DNA from: the human T2T-CHM13v2.0 reference genome, Homo sapiens
DNA: 64,000 nucleotides
Assembly (NCBI RefSeq): GCF_009914755.1
Contig: NC_060932.1
Strand: one strand, 5' to 3'
Numbering within the stretch: the first letter of the stretch is position 1; every line of letters begins with the position of its first letter. Below, in pieces: positions 1-16,716 of the stretch. The notes beneath the pieces were generated by a model. The model saw nothing but the letters and a program-made list of their open reading frames with translations, did no database searches and was not told the origin of the DNA. Both the position numbers and the translations under genes were made by a program.

Positions 1-480
1 TCAAAAGAAAATAGGAAAAAAACCCTGTGGGACATGATTTGATAAGAGGGCAAAAGAAATGAAGGACATAGGGCTGACTTAGATGTTTGGTTTGAGCAAC
101 AAGGTAGATGGTGGTGCCCTTTCTTGAGATAGGGAAGACTGGAGTAGGAAGAATTTGGGATAGGCAAAAAATAGATTTGTTTGTGTTGTCTAATAAACAT
201 CCAGCTGGAGGTGTTAAGTGGGCAGATGAATCTAGAGTTGAAGGGATAAATGAATTTGACATGTGAATTTGGGAGTCACCAACATATAATTGACCTTTAA
301 AATTATGAGGTTAGATTAGCTCACCTAGGAAGAGAATAAGAGATTTAAAAAAGAGAGATTTGTGCACTAATACTCAAGAACCATCAGCATTTAATGGTCA
401 GCTGGAGAAGGAGAAACTGGCAAAAGAAACAGAAAAGGAAAATCTGTGAAAGAAAAACAGGAATGTGCTGTCATGAACAC
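1..480 (-). mobile_element. L2 fragment (continues at about 1150-1900)
   Basis: tgagcaac...gatggtggtgcc...gagatagggaagactggag and tttgggagtcacc motifs. Confidence 0.65.
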
Positions 481-489
481 TTCGTCAAT

Positions 490-790
490 GCATTTTGGAG
501 GCAAGTGTTGACTCAGAAGAAAAAACATCATAGCTGACTTACGCCAAAAAAAAAAAATTATTGAACAGTTCAACTGAAAAATTCAAGACTATCCAGCTTC
601 AGGCATGGCTAGATCTAAGTGCTCAAATGACATCATTTATAATTTGGGGGCTCCACTTTTTCCCACTTTCCCCTTTATACTTATGCAGACTCTTTCCACA
701 TGGTCACAATGGATTCTTCTAATTTACAAATTCCAGTGTCAAGATAATTTCCGTTAACACACACCCCGTAAATCAATGACTGTGGTCAGG
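490..790 (-). mobile_element. MLT1-family MaLR LTR fragment
   Basis: aactgaaaa...agcttcaggcatggctagatc...aaatgacatcat. Confidence 0.5.
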
Positions 791-804
791 AAATGTGAGA
801 GAAA

Positions 805-1030
805 CAGAATAGCACCATGATTAAGGGCATGGGATTCAACTCAGCTCTATTGTTCATTAGCTGAGTGAGCCTGGACTAGTCAAGGATTCTGTGGTTCTGT
901 TTCATTATTGCTAAAGTATGGCTAATAATAGTACCTACCTCATAAAATTATTATGATTATTAAATGAATTATTCCCAGAACGTTTAGAACAGTGCCTTGG
1001 ACATAGTCAGCACTCTGTGCTATTACTATT
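805..1030 (+). mobile_element. MIR
   Basis: aataatagtacctacctcata...agaacagtgcc. Confidence 0.75.
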
Positions 1031-1365
1031 TGATTGAACAGGTCTGGAGTAGAAGGTCACTCGCATCTGAAATGATATGACCAAGATGAGGAGGGTACAA
1101 AATTAGAGTATTGTCAACAGAAGGGAGAGTGGATCTTGGTGAAAGAACTTCAATAAACATTCACTGCAGAAGCAGGAAACACTAGAATGTTCCATGAGGG
1201 AGGACAGAGTGAAGTGAGTTATATTCTGCTGAAGATGCAAGTGAGATGAGAACAGAGAGGAGTCCATTGGACCTGGAAACAGGAGGTCACTGACAAAAGA
1301 AGGTGAATGAGAAGTGAGGATGAAGAGGGAGCTAGCAGAGACAACTGTTAAAGTTTTTCTGTGAT

Positions 1366-1565
1366 CATGGACATAAAGATGGAAACAGTGAACACTGGGG
1401 ACTCCAATAGGGGGATGGAGAGTAGGGGGCAAGAGCTGAAAAACTGCCTGTTGGGTACCAAGTTCACCATGTGGGTGATGGGATCAATAGAAGCTCAAAC
1501 TTCAGCATCACGCAATATACCCATATAAAAAACCTGCACATGTATGCCCTGAATACATTTTTTAG
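1366..1565 (+). mobile_element. Short L1 3' end (L1PA16/L1PB4-like)
   Basis: gacataaagatggaaac...cagcatcacgcaatataccc. 16-bp TSD aaagtttttctgtgat at 1350 and 1566. Confidence 0.85.
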
Positions 1566-4439
1566 AAAGTTTTTCTGTGATAAGAGGAATTGAGCAGACA
1601 CTGATAGGAGATGTGAGAGTTAATGTTTTGTTTTCTTTTGTTTGTTAATAGGAGTATGTATGTAAAGAGAATGGTCCAACAAAGATGGAGAAACTGATGA
1701 CATAGGGTATGGAGAAGGGAAAAATGAAGAGGCTGGGTCTTGGAGAAAGCAAGAGGGGATGAGACCCAGATGTCAGGCAGAAGAAATTGTGGGCAGTGAG
1801 AACAGAATAATGGAGATAATGAAGAATAATGGAGAAGGCAGAGAAGATGAAGATGGATGCAGGTAGTTACATAATTTTGTTGAGAGAAATATGAGGCAGT
1901 TTTCCTTCATTGCCTTCTTTTACAGTGCTTTAAAAAGCGACGTCATTATCTGAGAATGTATATCTGTGTGTATAATGTCGGGGGATGCTGGAAGGTTTGA
2001 AAAGAGAGAGGTTTTGATAGAGTCTTAGCAGGGCTGTGTGGGATAGTAGGACATCATGGGATAGTCCCTTTCTCTGTTCATGGGTGAGCATTGCTGAGAC
2101 TGGGGGCACTTTTAAGGTTCGGTCACCCACTACAGTGGAGTCCTGGTATGTGTCAGGCAATCTCATTATGTGAGATGAGTTATAAATTTTTCTGATCTTA
2201 CACTTCTGATTTCTAAATTTCATTTTAATCACTCAAGTGACGTGTAGATATTTTGAATTATTGGCCTGCCTCTAAGAAGTCTTGCACTGATACTGATAGT
2301 TCAGCGCTGTCACCTTTCCACCACCTGCGCCAAGTACAGCGACAGAAGCTTTTCCTTAACTCTGCCAGATGCTCAGGCTCAATCTTCCCTGTGGACTTTT
2401 GGATGTTTGGGTAATGTGAAAGGTGGTTGTTTTCTTTATTTGATCAGGGCACAAGCAGTGTCTGGACTCACTTGGTCAGTTCTGGATTTTTGTGGAAGGA
2501 AAACCCTCATCAGATTCTGATGGGAGGGGTGAGGGTAGCTCCTGGGAAGAGAAGACAGACAGTTTTCATTCTCACAATGGCTGAGATGTTCGAGATGGGT
2601 GCCTCAGGTGCCCAGGTTCTGAGACGATGCCCTTAGGTCCCTCGGGGTGTCCATGTGCACAATGGCTCCTTGTTTCTGTATATGAAACATGATCAGATTT
2701 GACCTTCATTACCCTTAAATTTTTCTCTCATATTTTTTCTTTCTGTGTAACTTTGGAAGAATCTTTTTCTATTTTCTGGATAAAAATCCCTCATTCTCCT
2801 GCATTTTAGGTTTTATTTCAGAAGTATGCCACTAGATAGTGGTCTCTAAGGGATTCATCATTTAGTAAAAGTGTCTAAGCAGGCACCTGTAGTGTATGCA
2901 TAATTTTATAATTAAATGCGTATTCATATCTGCATGTATTTGTATATATGCAAATAATATATTTGCATATGTGCCTATTTATGTATTTGTGTATATGCAT
3001 AATTCATACATAATATACATGTACTACTCTATTGATAGTTTAGGTTCTTCATAAAACATATATAGAAATATAAATTTAAATATAAAATAAAGGAAATGAA
3101 AAAAGTAAAATTTATTTAAATACATTTAATTTATTAACAGCAATAGAGACCTTTTTGCTCTAAAATATCAGTAATAATTATTATTAATAATAACATGTTG
3201 AGTAAGAGTAAGGTGAAAAAATACTGTTTTTGGAATTGAGGCTTTTGAGCCCTGAAAATAGTTTTCAATAAACCCAATTCCTTTTTTTTTTTTTTTTTTT
3301 TATTTAACCTTGAATAGGCCCAGACTAGTACTGGAACATGTTTAACTTGGCCTTGGCCAGACTTCACCTTGAAGCCATAATCAATAATTTCTAAAACTCA
3401 TGCTGAGGATAGTGGGAAAAAGCAGAATATTCATAAACTGGGGATAAGAAATCTAATTTCAAGTTTGTGATTTTATTTGACTTGCCTGTACCTTTACTAT
3501 GCCATTTTCTCATTGCCCAAAGTTAATTATTTCATGAGGTAAAGGAGTCTCCTGTGAGACTTTTCAGGTAAAATATGTTCCTTTCCATGTTCCCACCCTT
3601 TTATTGAGGTTATAATTACAAAGTTCAGGGAAGGATGAAAAGGATAAAAGAATGTTTATGATCCTTCTCTTCATCCCCTCACCCTTTTTTTTTGGTTTGT
3701 TTGTTTTTTAAAAGAAGGCAGTATCAAACCATTGATAGAATGGGATTAAGAAGATTGGTGAGTGCCTTTTTTCTCTTTTAGATCATTAATCATGCTGGAG
3801 TAGGGCAATGTGGGAATGTCCCATGCTCTGAAACTGATCTCTACCTATATCCTGTCTCCATCTATACTTAATAGATGAGCCATTGAGGAATGGCTATGAG
3901 TAAAGGACTTTTAAATTTAATTTCATTTTTTTTATAACAACAAACAAGCTTAGTGAGTGCAACCCCCTCAAAAGCAATGCATTTGTTTGAACAATACTGT
4001 CATTGCTAAAAATAATTTCTGTAAGTTGTAGTTTTCAATTCCTCTTTTTAGAATTCTTCACAAGCTCCCTAGTGAAAATCAATGCTCATGTATTAAAAGT
4101 CAACCCTAATTTTTTAAAAAATCAGAATTGCTAAGCTTGATTGCATACATTATTCAGAAAACTCAACTTCGGATGAATTCAGGCTGTTTCTGAAACTCCT
4201 GAGGATTTTCACAAGAACATAGGACAAGCTCTGAGCACAATTCCACACGGGACAGCTGAGCATAATGGCTTGGACATGGGATAATGTCCTTTAGAGTTAG
4301 GAGAAAGGGATTACAGTTCTTTTTAGGACTAGATACTTGACACATATGCAAGCCCTAAGATTCTGGCAATTAGTAGGTTCCCCTACAAACGCTTATGGAA
4401 CAAATGGCGACAACGAAAAGGTCACATTTACTCATTTTC

Positions 4440-4720
4440 CTTCCCCTTCCCTCCCCACCTTAGTGCCACTCCCCAGAGGCTTCTGTGCTTTTTCTTCTGT
4501 CAGTTACGCCACAGTCCTGGCTTATGGGTTCTGGTAATACCGTCTCTGCTCTGTGCCCCTGCAGTCCTAGGGGCGCTCATAACTTCTAGGTGTGGCTAAA
4601 AGTCTGGGTTGCTTAACTTCCTCTTTTGGCTTTTCAGTTCTTCCATGACTGTGTAACCAGTTCTCTGCATTAAATGCCCACTGTTTGAAATACCTAGAGT
4701 GGTTTTCTGCTTGTTTAATA
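4440..4720 (+). mobile_element. ERVL LTR fragment (LTR33-like)
   Basis: gggttctggtaatacc...tgtaaccagttc...ttgaaatacctagagtggtt. Confidence 0.6.
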
Positions 4721-5929
4721 TGACCATGGCAAAATTTAAAGCCATGTGTGGTTACCTTGTTTCACTGTTGATTTGGGGACAAAAGCCTTATTAGCCTCAA
4801 TTCAAGACACAAGAAGAAGAATCTGTCTCTAGTGTGTCTAGTTTTCATGTCTGGTTTTTCAAAATTTCTTAACTGATGTGCTAGAGTTCTTTATATATTG
4901 ATATCCTGATACTAATTTTTTATCTATTGTATATGTAGTAAGCATTTTTCAGGATGTGTTGACTCCTTTTTATTCATTTTTTGTTGTCTAAAATTTTAAA
5001 ATACTTAAAGTAAAATCATATCTAGTTTATGTAATTAAATCTAAAAACACAAAGTATATATTCATATTTTTCCAATAATTTGTGTATTTATTTAATGTTG
5101 AATTATTTATACATCTAGAATGTACTGTTATACTGAATCAGAGACCTAGCTTATGTTCCCCACAACCCTTGCCAAAGGATTAGTTAGAATTATTGTCACT
5201 CTTACTTATTGTTGATAAGTAAGAGTTGATAAGAGTGACAATAACTCTGTCTTCTTCTACTACTGTACATTTAAGTCAAATTTCTTTATCCAAGTTCCTT
5301 AAGGTTTGCATTATGTATATTTTTGTGTTCTTGACATTTAACAATAGAAGAACATTTTTTTGAATGGTTTCCATATCTTTTAAAAAACTGGCCAAATATA
5401 TTGTATAGAAATCATGTTAAGTACTAAGACACACAGGAGATAAGTATTTTCTTGAATTTAATTTAAAATGTTTACTTATCTAATTATATTTACGGCAGAT
5501 TGACTGGAATGAATTCTCCTCTCAGGATATAAAAACCATGTTGCACAATATACTATTTAGCCAAAAACGTGCACATATTTAGCTCTGTTATTTGGCATCT
5601 AAAAAGTCTTTCCCTTTAGGAGCTTAAAAAGCATGTATTCCTTCTGTTTCCTTAAGAAAGACTTGGTTCAGGTTATCCTAGTTGTCATGATTGGTCTTCA
5701 GCCTTCCCACCCAAAATGAAATAAATTTGGAGGACACAAGAGTAATTAAGTTCCTTAGGATACCAGTTTCTCCATAAAGCATAGTATGAAAGCTCAGAGG
5801 TAGATGTTTTTGTAAATCTAAGTAAGTAGAAGCTTGCCCTTCAGATAAATAATTCAATGTAAAGAAGTATGGGAATAATTCTTGGACTCAGTATCATTCA
5901 GGCCCATTTAACAACTTTCTATCTCTAGA

Positions 5930-7200
<1,271 letters not shown>

Positions 7201-7371
7201 ATTGTACATCTGACTGTCCACTAGGGCAGGAAGGTACAATTACTGAGCAAATAGAACTAAGCCTTGCCATCATTTGACTCATTATGAAGTACAAGTAGGG
7301 CAGTAGTGTTTGCACCTGAACAATTTCACCTATGAATTTTTAATTTTATTATTTTAAAAAACGTATATTGG

Positions 7372-7718
<347 letters not shown>

Positions 7719-8805
7719 CTATAATATATGTATACCATGTATTGTCTAATTGAAACACTGCACCCTTTGATTGACATCTCCCCATTTCCCTCACTCCCAG
7801 CCTCTGTTAACGACCATTCTGCTTTTGAATGCCTTAGATTCCACATGTAAGTGAGAACATACAATATTTGTCTTTCCATGCCTGGCTTATTTCACTTAGC
7901 ATAATGTCTTCCAGGTTCACCCATGTTGTTGGAAATGGCATAATTTCTCTCTTGTTAAGGCTGAATAGTAGTCCATGGTATATATACAACATTTTCTTTA
8001 TCTGATTATGAGACATTTAGGTTGGTTCCTTAACTTGCCTATTGTGAATCATGCTGTAATGAACACAGAAATGCAGACTTCTCTTTGACATAATGATTTC
8101 AAATTCTCTGGATATACACTGGGAAGTGGGGGATTGCTGGATCATATGGTAATCCTGTTTTTATTTTTTTGAGGACAATTCGTACTGTTTTGCATAATAC
8201 TGTACTAATTTACATTTCCACCAACGGTGTACAAGGGTTCCCTTTTCTCCACATCCTCACCAACACTTGTTATGGTTCATCTTTTTAATAATAGCCATTT
8301 CAACAGATGTGAGGTGGCATCTCACTGTGATTTTAATTTGCATTTTCCTAATAATAGCAATGTTGAGCATTTTTTCACATATCTGTTGGCCATTTGTATG
8401 TCTTGTTTAGAGACTATCTTTTTCATTTCTGGGAGAGTACTCCAAACATCTTTTCTTAAGTCTTTGCTCATTTTTTTTAAGTTGGGTTATTTATCTTCTT
8501 GCTATTAAGTTGAGTTTCTTATATATTTTGGATATTAACTCCTTATCAGATGTAAGGCTTACAAATACTTTCTCCCATTCCATAGGTTGCCTCTTCACTC
8601 TATTGTTTTCTTTGCTGTGTGTATGTTACTGAGTTTGATATAATTCCATTTGTCTATTTTTGGTTTTCTTGCCCGAGATTTTGGGGTCAAATACAAAAAA
8701 GTCATTGTCTAATGTTGTATAGTTTTCTCTCTGTTTTCTTCTATTAGTTTTACAGTTTCAGATGTTATGTTTAAGTCTTTAATCCATTTTGAGTTGATTT
8801 TTGTA

Positions 8806-9519
<714 letters not shown>

Positions 9520-12500
9520 TACATGGTGTGAGGTAAGGTTCTAATTGCATTCTTCATGTTACTGTTCAGTTTTTCCGACACCATTTATTGAAGATCCTTT
9601 CAATAAATGACATTTTCTCACTGTGTATCGTTGGCATCTTTGTGGAAAAGCAATTGACCTTAAATGTGTGGGTTGATTTTTGAACTCTTTATTCTGTTCC
9701 ACTGGTCAGTGCATCTATGTTTATGCCAGTACCATTCTGTTTTAACTATGATAGCTTTGTAATATAATTTGAAGTTATTGTCTGTGAATTCTTAGAAGTG
9801 CCATGTTTTAACCACATCAGCATAAATTTAAATTTGAATATATTCTCAAGGAAAAAATTTTTTTTTAAAAATCTGTTTTGTTCAGTGATGTACCTAAGAC
9901 ATGGAAGACTCTTTGACGCATAGTAAACACTTAACAAATATTTGATGACCCAATGAATAAAATTCTACACAAAAAACAGCACAAAATAGTCTCCAGGTTC
10001 TTAATTCAGTCAGTGACTGTTTCTTTTATTACATTTTAAAAATGTCTAAAATTCTTATCTAAAAGGTATGAATTTTAAACAAAGAAGTCTCAGAACCTAA
10101 GGCACAGAACCCTAAGTTCTAATTATTGTACCAGGTTTTGCACTGGCCAAGAATACCCTCAGCATCTCTTCTCATGTTGGGATTCCTATGAAAAGGGAGA
10201 ATAGATTATGTTGTTTTCCAGCTAGCTCATGTGAGGTTTCCACTGTGTTTTTCCATGTAGCCAACCTTCCAGATTTTATCCTTTATAATCTCTGCTTCCA
10301 CCTCACCTTCCTTGTCTTCAGTGAAAACTGTTCTTTTCCATACAAATTTCAGATTGTGACTTTTATGTAAGATATTCCCATTCAGATGTCTTTTCTCAGC
10401 CTGTTGTAGCCTCCTGCCCTTTGTTTGAAAAGAGTGAAACATCATGAACTTTACTTTTTGACCTTTGAGCATTCATGGGGGAGACAGGGGAGAGAGGCGG
10501 CACAGAGGCCTGGGAGAATGCCTGCCTGTAAGCGGCTGTCATGGTTTGAGCCTCTAAAAGGGCAAGCCTGTTGCTAAGGAAACTGCTGCTCTAGGAGGGC
10601 TAAACATACAGTAAAATAGCAGGAAAGGAAGGCACAAATAAGTCAGATGCTTGGGGGAGGGGTGGCAGGAGGCAACCTAAGAACTTTAAACCTTTATTGC
10701 TGGGAACATATTGAAGGCTCTAGTGAGAAGAAAATCAAGCGTCTATATCCCTTCCTAGAAAATAGCTGAAATTTAAAGGAAGCCTAGACTTCATGTGAAT
10801 GTCATTTTGCTTAGCACACAAGCAGAAAAACAGTGGCTGTCAATATTTCGTTAATATTTAGAAAGTATATAGCAATTTTCCAAATGTAATCATGTTCATT
10901 TGTAATATTCAGTATCATAAGAACACATTCATAATAGTCATCTTTTATTTTGTAGTCAATGCTTAAAGTAACTATAGATGTGGTGACTTTGGAAATTATG
11001 TAATACATATATTTTTAAATGAATAACTTTTCTTAAAAGAAAAGTAGTTATGCCCATAGTTAATGGTGTTCTCCATTTATTTCCTGTTATTTCTAACACA
11101 ATAAGCCTTGAGTTACTTGAATGAATACATTTGCAAAATTAGGAAACATTAAAAAGATTATTTTTAACCTTACACTAAATATAAGGAGTATAACTTCAAA
11201 GTCATTTTCCTATTAATATAAAATAAGTCATTTTATAGCAGTGAAAGTTAGATTTTTAATATACAATGAGTTGGCACAACTAACATGGACAATCTTTGGA
11301 GTTTCCATTACCATTGTTTGTAAAACATCTGCTTGCATCAACAAACATTTCCTTTCCTTCTATCCTCTCATCTCCCAGAATAAGTCATCAGTCCAGATCA
11401 GTCCACCTAAAACTTTGGCTTTGAAAATATCCACCTTCTTGTTAGGCTACAAAGATTTTTATTTCAAAGGATGTTTTCCCAAAGTGTGTAAGATAGACCC
11501 ATAGGAATTTTAAAATAAGGAGAATGCCTTATGAGTAACAAAAAGTTAAATTGAGCTGTGCAGAAATAAGTGAGAATGTGGCAGAAAGGTCAAGAAGCAT
11601 GTACCACCTATGCCTACCATTGTGTAGATGCCAGGGATGGGGTGTGTGTGTGTATGTATGTGCACGAGTGTGCGCATGTGTATGGGTGCGGCAAGAAGAA
11701 TGAAAGAGAAATTGAAGATATAAACATAGTTTGGGTGGAACCCAGAATCTAACAAAGTTACTTGGAAGGAACCCAGCTTATCCTTAATCAATGCTTTAGT
11801 TCAAGTAGGGGTTGACTTCTAGAGCTATGCAAGTTTTGGATTTTAAGTAAAACCTGCAGTGTATGCCTTGATGAACTCAACATACCAGGTCAGAAACCCT
11901 CTCCGATACCTCCTCTGGGACTTGGCAGCAAGTCACCAGACTTCATTGTAGTATAAGGTAGTGTTTGCCTTCGTTACATAGAAAATGTATAATTTTATAG
12001 CAAAAGGATGTTTGTTTTCTTTTAAAGTCATGCTAATTTTCTAACCCAATATTCTCTTGCAGATATTTTTAGAGAAGCTCTTGAGTTCTTAGTGATATTT
12101 ACTAGGCAGTCTTAAGAAAAAATCAAAGTATCCCAAATGATGTAAGCTGATTTAAGTTAATTGTGAAAATGGAAAAAGCAAGAGTGACATAAAAGAAGGA
12201 AGATAGGAAGATAGCTGAGAACATGAAGATTAATTAAGTCAAAGGCAGATTAAAGTGGTTCATTTATTTTTAAAATTCTCTTTTTAAAAAATTATATTTT
12301 ATTGTGTTAAGAGCACTTAGCATGAGATCTACCCTGTTAACAAATTTTAAGTGTACAATATGGTATTGTTGCCTGTAGGTACAATGTTGTACAGCAGATC
12401 TCTAGAATTATGAATCTCATTTAACTGAAACTTTATGACCATCGATTAGTAAGTCTCCATTTTCCCCTCACCCTAGACACTGGCAGCCACCATTCCACTC

Positions 12501-12521
12501 TTTGATTCTATGAATTTTTAA

Positions 12522-12832
<311 letters not shown>

Positions 12833-13499
12833 ACTGATACTATGAATTTGATCATTTTAGGTATTTCATATAAGTAGAATCATGAAGCATTTCTTTTTGT
12901 GACTGTCTTATTTCACTTATCAATTATAAGGCCTGACTGAATTCCAGGCACTGTGCTAGGTACAGTGTGGGAATATAAGATTAATAACATGCAGTTCATT
13001 TCCTCAAATAGCTCACACTCTAATATGTGGCATAAGGATAGAATTTATGGAAATAATTATATAACTTTCTATGTGACTTATTTTCTACTTGATAGCATTT
13101 AAATACAAGAAAGTATTAAAATCATTTGTTATATTTCCTTTCATGAAAGATTAAGATAATATTTCTTGATTAAAATGATAATCTGTTTTATAATACTACT
13201 TTTTGGTTAGTGACGGACTTTGGAAAAAATGAACAGTATTATATATATACTAATATATGCACTACTGTGTATATATTATACTAATAAGGTTTGAGAATAT
13301 GCAAACACTTTCACACTAATCTTGCTTGATTTGCACAAGGTCAGTGTAGGATTTATTACCTTATTGCATGGATACAGAAGTGAATGGCTTTTGCAAAGTA
13401 ACTTGGTTTCGACAAAGCCATTTGCTTTCTGAAAGGCACTTGGCTAGTAAGAGCTAGTTCTAGTCTAGATCTTAAACAACAAATATTCTTCTTCCTTCT

Positions 13500-14530
13500 G
13501 CCTTCTGGAAATATGTAGGCAATTTTTTTAAAAAAAGAATATTTAGTCTGATTCTAAAAGTATTATACTGTATACATTTTAGAGTGAAAAGTATTTTTCT
13601 TTTCACTGGGATCTAAAATATAAACAATGCAGTGTATAAAGCACATATATCTTTGGTGTACAGATTGATGAAATTTATAATATATCAGGTAACTATCAGT
13701 GAGATTAAAGTACAGAACATTTCTATAGCCCAGAAATGCTGCCATGAACCTTTTGAGTAAATATCTTTTCTCCTTCCACAATGACTCATGAGGGTAGCCA
13801 CTATTCTGACTCCTATTACCATAGGTTAGTTTTACATGTTCTTGACCTTTTGTAAATGGAATCTTCCCATATGTTGGCTTTTGTGTCTGGCTTCTTTTGC
13901 CTTGAATTTTAACTACGAGAGTCATCCATGTAGTTGCTTGAATTCAGTTTTAAAAAGTTACTGTATAGTATTTCATTATATTCATAGTATGAATATATTA
14001 TAATTTTTAAATGCTTGCTACCATTGATGGCTATTTCAGTTAAAGATTTTGGCTATTATGAATAAAACTTCTATGAGCACCTTGCACATACTTTCCCCCC
14101 TGGTGGACGTGGGCAGAAATTCCTCGTGTATGTATACGCACACACCCACCCACACAGACACACACGCATACACATATCAATGAGTGGAATTGTTGGTTAT
14201 TCCACTCAATTCCAATGAGTGGAATTGTAGATTATTGAGATAGGCATATATTAAGCTTTAGAAGACACTGCCAAACAATTTTCCAAAGTGTTTAAAACCA
14301 GCTTACATTCCCACCAAAAATTTAAGAGAGTTCTAATTTATTCACTTTCTCATTGACTTAATGGTGCTGTCAATCTTTGATTATAGGTATCCTGGGTATG
14401 TTCATAAAGATATACCATTATGGATTTAATTTACATTTCCCAAATGAATACTGATTTTGAGCACCTTTTCACATGCTCAGTGGCTAGTTAGAATTTCTCT
14501 TTTGCTCCTGTTTAAAGTCTTTTGCATATT
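13500..14530 (-). mobile_element. Old L1M (L1ME-like) antisense fragment
   Basis: Degenerate antisense L1 3' motifs such as ttttggctattatgaataa, cattcccacca and gagcaccttttcacatg. Confidence 0.65.
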
Positions 14531-14533
14531 TTA

Positions 14534-14951
14534 AATCCTAAGCCAAAATAACAAAGCCAGAGGTATCACATTACCTGACCTCAAACTATACTGCAAGTTT
14601 ACAGTAACAAAAACAGCATGGTACTGGTACAAAAACGACACATAGACCAATGGAACACGATTGAGAACCCAGAAATAATCATCTGATATTTGACAAAGTC
14701 AACAAAAATAAGCATTGGGGAAAAGACTCCCTATTCAATAAATAGTGCTGGGATAACTTGCTATCCATATGCAGAAGAGTGAAACTTGACCTCTGCCTAT
14801 CACCATATACAAAAATTATCTCAAAATGGATTAAAGACTTAAATGTAAGAGCTGAAACTGTAAAAAATAATTCTAGAAGAAAATGTAGGAAATATCCTTC
14901 TCTAGATTGATCTTGACAAAGAATTTATGGCTAAGTCATCAAAAGCAATTG
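14534..14951 (+). mobile_element. Internal L1 ORF2 fragment (older primate L1), truncated at both ends
   Basis: aaaacagcatggtactggtac...ccctattcaataaat...aaagcaattg. No poly-A. Confidence 0.88.
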
Positions 14952-15579
14952 ATGTCAATTAATGATGTCAACCTACAAATCCTTTGCAGTTACAGAAAAC
15001 ACAGTCATTGGCAGGAATCAGTTTGTGATCCACTCTTGTTGGCCTCTGACTTCAGTTTTCTTTTTATTGATACGTTCCTTTGAGTTTGGAATTTGAGATT
15101 GCTACTGAACTCAGAATTATTTGAATCCCTTCAATCTTTTCCTGCATTTTAAAAGTGCTTATATATCATAAAGACTTGACTTTCCTTGAGTTTACGCAAT
15201 ACTTGTTAAATTTTATGGGCCTACTGTCTTTTTTGTTAATTGTTTGGCTTTCTAATTTTTTGATGTGTAATTCATATACTATAAAACTGACGTATTTCAT
15301 ATGGTTTGAACCATGTAAACAACACCACTATCGAGATATAGAATAGTATTTCTTTCATGCCAAGTGGGCCCTTGGGCCCATTCCTAGAAAATTCCTTCTG
15401 CATCTCGTCCCCAGGTGACCAATGACCCACTTTATACAAATATTGATCAGATTTGTTGTTTCTACAGATTTATATAAGTGTACCCATACAGTGGAGTATT
15501 ACTCTTTTGTATCGGGTTTGGTTATATTTTAGTGCTTAGCAGTGTTCCATTTTGTTAAATATATCAAAATTTGTCCTAA

Positions 15580-15722
15580 AAAAATGACCTATTGGGTACT
15601 GTGCTTACTCCCTCAGTAACAGGATCATTCATACTCAAAATCTTAGCATCATACAATATATCCATGTGAAAAGACCTGTATATGTACCTCATGAGTCTAG
15701 AAAAGTTGAAAATAAAAAAAAA
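15580..15722 (+). mobile_element. Short L1 3' end (L1PA16-like)
   Basis: cctattgggtac...agcatcatacaatatatccatgt followed by an A tail. Confidence 0.7.
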
Positions 15723-16020
15723 ATCCATTCATCTATGGACATTTAGATTGTTCTAGTTTTTCAATAAAACTGCTTATAGATATTGATATTTAAGTATTTG
15801 TGTGGACATATGTTTTCATTACTCTTGCATAATTATCTAGAAGTTGACATGTTGGCTCATATGGAAAGTGTGTGTTTATAAGAAATAGCTAAACTGTTTC
15901 TCAAAGTTGTTATACTATTTTACAGCCTTACCTGCAATGAATAAGAATTTGAGTTACTTCATGTTCTCCTCAGTGCTGAGTACTGTCATTTGAAATTTTT
16001 TAACCATTTTATTGGGGGTG

Positions 16021-16716
<696 letters not shown>

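Noticed and set aside
2828-2843. CTCF-like motif gccactagatagtgg (also near 38727)
   Set aside because: Mismatches fall in the core, and such partial matches are expected by chance in 64 kb.
11860-11960. Possible plus-strand exon
   Set aside because: The best frame contains a stop and the product is unrecognisable.
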